A program made the position numbers and the translations under genes. DNA of 63,654 bases, counting the filler, from Platydemus manokwari (taxonomy: Eukaryota), in NCBI GenBank assembly GCA_037951405.1. It is 4 parts of 4 records of this genome, joined end to end, with 100 filler letters (N's around TTAATTAATTAA, not from the genome) between each part and the next. Parts side by side here need not be neighbours in the genome. Positions count along the whole stretch, not along the records: positions 54,759 to 63,654 come from JBBMOY011333205.1; 3 more parts are not named here. One strand, written 5' to 3'. The notes under the pieces were generated by a model. The model had not been told where the DNA came from. It worked only from the letters and a program-made list of their open reading frames with translations, and ran no database searches. Below, piece by piece: positions 62,796-63,654 of this stretch; position 1 is the first letter of the stretch; every line of letters begins with the position of its first letter.

Positions 62796-63113
62796 TCATG
62801 GAAATTTATTTATATTCCTTGAACTAAGACATTGAATAAGACCAGTATCACTGGATAGTTTTAAATTGTTTAAATTAGAGGGTTGATGGTGAAAATGTGA
62901 TATTTTATTATTTTCTTTTTGATTGAAATGCGATATATCTTCAGATAAAGGACGACGACGTTGAATATCATCATCTGGCAAGATATAATTGTTATTTTGA
63001 AATCTGTGATTACGAATATGTCGTTGCAGTAGTTCAATACTCTGACTATGAGCTGATGCGCGTTTCTCCTTCAAATTCTCTAACGTGCTTTTGAAAGCCC
63101 GTATAACTCGCAA
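62796..63113 (-). CDS. ATP2B: Plasma-membrane Ca2+-ATPase terminal exon (b-like, second half of the calmodulin-binding domain)
   Basis: Acceptor ttcacacatctag at 63114, then LRVIRAFKSTLENLKEKR, matching the I/LRVV/I.AFR/KS sequence after PMCA splice site C. The rest of the gene is outside the window. Confidence 0.78.
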   Translation of the reverse strand: MRVIRAFKSTLENLKEKRASAHSQSIELLQRHIRNHRFQNNNYILPDDDIQRRRPLSEDISHFNQKENNKISHFHHQPSNLNNLKLSSDTGLIQCLSSRNINKFP

Positions 63114-63654
63114 CTAGATGTGTGAAATAAATTTTTAAAGAAATATCTTAATTAATAGATAAACAAGAAAACTGGTCATTCCAAATCACCCAACACAAAA
63201 GACTTGCATAAACTGTTCATATAACTTGCTGAATAAAAATCGGTCCAATGAAATAAAATATCAAATATATCGATAGATTTCAATCCAAACCCAATTCAAT
63301 TTGGTATTCATTAAATTTTACAACACATTTAAATATTTGCTATTTTTTTCTCCTATTCATTGGTTTTGGAATCCAAGAAAATGGGATCGAAAAATGATAA
63401 CCAAAGGAAATTATGGTTTGATTTTCAAATCTTTTAAAATGATCAGATTTCTTAGAAAGAACGAATGAACATAAATTAAAGAAAAAATATTCATTTCTCA
63501 TAAATGCACGCTGTAGGCATAAATATTGAAAAACCAATTATTTGAACATGATAAAATTCTTCTGAATCATGTCTGATATACATTTATGAATGAAACATTC
63601 ATCAACTATTTTCATCCATTGTAATTGGCAGGAATTTTACCATTCTTTGTTTTT

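Overview
Very AT-rich eukaryotic (metazoan) genomic DNA. Short GT-AG introns (47-51 nt) and the transposon mix suggest a planarian-like flatworm, which is an inference. The window is four contigs joined by three identical 100-nt N-padded TTAATTAATTAA linkers, so adjacency across the joins is unproven. Contig 1 (1-18689) is mostly decayed retroelements plus one orphan coding exon. Contig 2 has a divergent AMPK beta-subunit gene (+, five exons recovered by hand, two hAT fossils in its introns) and the last three exons of a cGMP-dependent protein kinase (-). Only 106 nt downstream of the kinase stop is an intronless, highly divergent alpha-tubulin: catalytic E254 replaced by Ile, degenerate T7 loop, shortened M-loop, no K40, and a ~210-aa C-terminal extension. 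Contig 3 has two giant intronless ORFs in tandem (2863 and 2054 aa) that appear to be distant paralogs sharing an unrecognised N-terminal region. One carries internal helical repeats and ZNF474-like C2HC fingers, the other a 22-aa tandem repeat. Contig 4 has a decayed non-LTR element and the 3' end of a PMCA calcium pump with two alternative terminal exons. Best novelty candidates: the predicted GAP-dead alpha-tubulin and the giant intronless paralog pair. All alignments were made by eye against remembered family consensus, with no database search.
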